In this document: piece by piece, positions 60,474 through 64,000 of the stretch
Numbering within the stretch: the first letter of the stretch is position 1
How the letters are laid out: every line of letters begins with the position of its first letter
Origin: Rebecca billardiae RCC1528
Taxonomy: Eukaryota; Protista; Haptophyta
Assembly: GCA_965240325.2 (NCBI GenBank)
Contig: OZ251236.1
Coordinates: 1 to 64,000, forward strand
DNA: 64,000 nucleotides
Direction: 5' to 3'
Translations under genes and position numbers: made by a program
Notes under the pieces: model-generated
Databases searched by the model: none
Told to the model about the DNA's origin: nothing
The model's input: the letters and a program-made list of their open reading frames with translations, nothing else

Positions 60474-61898
60474 CACCTTGACTGCCCCCCAGCCCCGTTT
60501 TTGGCCGCACGATTGCGAATCTCAGAGTTACTTGGCCAGTCAATGTTTAAGAGTTTTGAAGAAGGCGAAAGACTATCTGGCGGCCGAAACGAGGGACGCT
60601 GTCCCGATGGCGTTCCGGCCGCGAAGTCCGCCGGTGCCTTGCACGAGGGCGGCCGATCAGTGGCGCCTAGCCCGGTCGTCCGCGCGGTTGTGTCAGCGCA
60701 CGCGCCATGTGTGTGCCCCCCGCTGTCACGGCATGTTGTGCGCCAGCACCGTGGGAGCTCCTCGCCTGTTCCTGTCACTCACGGCCAAGCGACGGTGCAG
60801 AGATCTTCAGTCCGAGCCCGCGACTGCTGAACTTCTGTGATACGTGTGCGATTCCTTGCAGAAAAGCACGCTCTGCTCCCGCAAATCTACCTGGCGAACG
60901 TGCGCTGGTGTCAATGCTTCACGCAGTGCACAAATGCCATGGCGAATCAGTCTTCCCTGCGTGTCACAGGCCTTGGCGTTTGCACATCGACAAGCTAACG
61001 GAGACGAGTCCAGACGAGCTGCGTATGGCTGTGGTCGCATGTAGTGTGGGCGTCGAACGCCGGAGAAGGTGGTGGCTGAAGGCGATAGAAGTATGCTCTC
61101 CCATCGGGTACAAGCCAGGCTTGGAAGACGTCTGCTTGCATCACACACACAGCTTACGCCGACCCGTGCGACGTGAAGCGCCTCAAGCGTGACGGAAGCA
61201 ACCCAAGGTGCGCGCAAGGCGTGAGGAGCAGGGTGATCTAACCTTACGCGGGCCTGCTCATCTAGCAGCGCACTCAGTAGATCGCCCCCGTCCTCAGGCG
61301 CACGATGACCACCGAATCGTGAATGTGTAGACGCTGACGCGTGCCAGCTTGCGGCGAGCAGCGACCGGTGCCGCGGACTCGGGCCTCGCGCAAGAACAAG
61401 CAGGTTTTTTTGGCGCGGAGGACGCTAGCATGACCTGCACGTACAGCGGGGAGATTGTTTGCAAGGCGTGCCCTACATACAGCTCGCGTGCCCCTCAGAT
61501 ATCCCGCGCGGAGAACGTCAGCAGCCCAGCATCGCAGTCCGCGCCGCAGCCCCAACCACTCAGCTCCGCCCCTCGCCCACCACGAGACGGCGAGATACCG
61601 ACGAAGTGGAACGGAGCGAGCATCTATCTCCTATTGGGGCTCGCGGGAGCCGATGTGATCATTTTTCATTGAGCGAAGCCCGAGCTGGCTTCCCATTGGA
61701 CGGATTGGCGGCTGCGCTACTCCGCAAGGCGAAACACTTACAGCTTCACATCCCGAAAATGCAAGTTTGGACAATAGAGTGAGGCACCCTCCTCCAATGA
61801 AATTGCTGAAAATCCCGACGAAACTTTACTGACGTACGTCAGTAAACGCAATCTCCGGGAGATATGGCCATTTCCGCCCACTGGGGTCATTCAAGGTG
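60474..61898. mobile_element. ~1.4-kb degenerate or non-autonomous TIR DNA element
   Basis: Imperfect TIRs CACCTTGACTGCCCC / CACCTTGAATGACCCC; lower GC; second copy at 11598-12440; no TSD seen. Confidence 0.7.
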
Positions 61899-62434
61899 AG
61901 CAGCTGACCGCGGACCGGGCCGCCGCGTATTGCCAACTAATCTGCTGCTGGGCGACTTATAATTCGGTTACGACTAGTAGTGACGAATAATCGGTTGCCG
62001 CGACGCTACTCGATCAGATCGGCGTGAGATCGAGCGCCGGACCGGTCAGACATCAGCAGCTCTGCCGTGGCAGCCGTGCCGGGCTCATTCTGACCTCGGT
62101 ACGACTAATAATATAATATATAAGACGCGACCGCCGTAGTCAATAATCGCGGTAGCGCGCGCACATCATTCTCAGCGAGTAGATACTGAGGATGCCGATG
62201 TATCATCGTATATATTCAGCATCACGTCGTCATGCTGCAGTAGATTATTTATTATTTAGACAGATAGACGACGCTCGCGGCGCGGAGTCGGTCGTCGTCA
62301 CAGACGTCAGTCGTCATCGTCGCGTATGACTATTATTGCCGCCAGCAGGCACCGGCCGCAAGAGTCCGCAGGGCTCCCCCTGGCCCGCCGGGCGCATCGA
62401 GCGGAGCGGGCCCGCCGCGGGCTGCACGCCGCGC

Positions 62435-63312
62435 TCAGACGCGCGTAGCGACGGGGCGCCCGGTCGCGACGGCGCCGCCGCGCGCCGAGGTGGGGTGGCC
62501 CGCCACCGTCACCCGGCCGGCGCCTCCTGCTCGAGCGGCGGCGGAGGCGTGCTGCGCCGTCCGCGGCGCGGCGCGCGCGGCGGGCGGGGGCGCGTTCGCG
62601 GCGGCGGCAAAGGCGGAGCCGACGGCGGCGGCGACCTGCTTGAGCCCGCCCGTCACCGCCTGGATCGAGCTGCTCAGCGTCACCGGCACGTACTCGACGA
62701 ACAGCTCCTCGCGCCGCAGCAGCGAGGCGAACCCGCGGCCGCACGGCGCGCACGCCGCGTGTGCGTGCACGTACCACTCGCCCTCGGCGCGCTCGGCGAC
62801 GTGGGCGAGCGCGCTGCGGTACCGGCCGAGCTGGGCGCGTCGGTACACCACGCGGAGGAAGAGCGCGGCGAGCAGCGGCAGCGCCGCCGCCGCGAGCGGG
62901 ACGGGCACGCTCGGCACGCGCAGCGCGGCGGCGGCGACGCCGCCCGCCAGCACGAGGCCCGCCAGCGCGATTGCGATCTCGCCCCACTTGTCGGGCGGCC
63001 GCACGGCGTTGAGCGCGCCGAGGCCGCGGCGGCCCACCTCGTCGACCACGACGGCGGGGCCGTCGACGGGCTCGAAGCGCGGCGCGCCGCCGCACGGGCA
63101 GTCAAACGCGAGCAGCGCCGGCGCGCTCAGCCGGAAGAGGATGGCCTGCGGCGGCGGGGGCGCGGCGGCGGCGGCGCCGTGTCGGCGGGTCGGGTACGCG
63201 GCGGGGTGCGCGCGCACGCCGCGCGGCCTACCTGAGGCGCGCTCTTGTGCGGCACCTGCGCGTCGCGCGCGAAGGCGCTCGCGCCGCGAAAGGTGGGCGT
63301 GAGCGCCGCCAT
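62435..63312 (-). CDS. Hypothetical membrane protein with two TM segments, 2 exons
   Basis: ATG at 63312; donor at 63255 or 63231; exon 2 from 63145; hydrophobic hairpin IAIALAGLVLAGG..LPLLAALFL. Confidence 0.65.
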
Positions 63313-63567
63313 GGCGGACTCTTCGTCTCTTCCCCACTTTGAACTTGGCAACCGCCGACTGGTTCGGTCCTTTCCACGATGGAACACGCCTTCCCCAGGC
63401 TCTACGACGACGTCTCTCTCCAGCGGACCCTTAGGGGCCTCGCGTGGAACGCATCAAACAACGCACCACTTACGCAAACGCAGCGCATAATCCGCATCAA
63501 TAGGGTGTTCACGCCCAGCGCGCATCTCTCGCGAAAACAAGCACGAGAACAGCACCGCTACCGCAAC

Positions 63568-64000
63568 ATGAAACGCACTTCGACAGCACCTCTTGGCCCT
63601 CGGGCGCAAGCGCACACATCGGCAACGAGATCTCGGCAGAGAGGAGCGGTGAGACAGCATAACCAGAAGCACCCCCCCTCCCAGCGAACAGCGCACCTCA
63701 ACACACATGCGCCCTCCCAACAGGAGCAGCAACTCCAGACCAACCACGTGCCCGACACCGACCCGCCGCCAGAGGACGACCTTCCAGGCGCAGAGGGAGA
63801 GCGATGGGTGCTAGTGCGCAGCGGCTCCCGGCACGACACGGTGCGTCGCACACACATACCCCCCGCGACATGCCCCGCCGTCTCTCCCATTGGGGACTTA
63901 GCCGCGCCGGGCGAGCGTAAATCGCGCGTGGGCGGCCGTTTCGCGCCATTAGCGGCTTTTGCGCCAGAAACGCTCACCGCTAACCCGGACGGGCCGGCGA
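63568..64000 (+). mobile_element. Start of a probable retroelement ORF1/gag-like ORF that runs off the window
   Basis: Open frame from ATG 63568 to the window end; A-rich, non-host codon usage; WVLV...RFAPL pattern. Confidence 0.4.

Noticed and set aside
60474-61898. Fanzor/TnpB or transposase gene inside the TIR element
   Set aside because: Frames are interrupted by stops, and no RuvC, zinc-finger or DDE motifs are recognisable.

Overview
This is the left end of a very GC-rich eukaryotic chromosome. The TTAGGG-type telomere, GC-rich GTGCG...CAG introns and dense genes suggest a Pavlovophyceae-like haptophyte alga, which is inference only. Layout: telomere (1-2229); a ~14 kb non-coding subtelomere of diverged duplicated blocks, a ~216-bp satellite and transposon remnants; a 105-bp TA tract; then genes for a sulfotransferase, an EF-hand-like/TPR protein with a tail of CDK-consensus repeats, an R2R3 Myb, a spinster-like MFS transporter, a DnaJ protein and eIF3L. 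Next come an intronic cluster of four box C/D snoRNAs including U14, and a 9-exon ~3190-aa armadillo-like gene. The most unusual region is 44.4-53.7 kb, which holds five copies of a 99-aa gene built as leader + His/Cys core + acidic spacer + His/Cys core. The four intact copies share an upstream motif, and two copies are mirrored around a head-to-head pair of F-box/RCC1 genes. The window ends with BSD, RPL38, EF-hand, coiled-coil and membrane-protein genes, a TIR element and the start of a probable retroelement ORF. Exon structures and rRNA matches were read by eye and from memory; no database searches were run.
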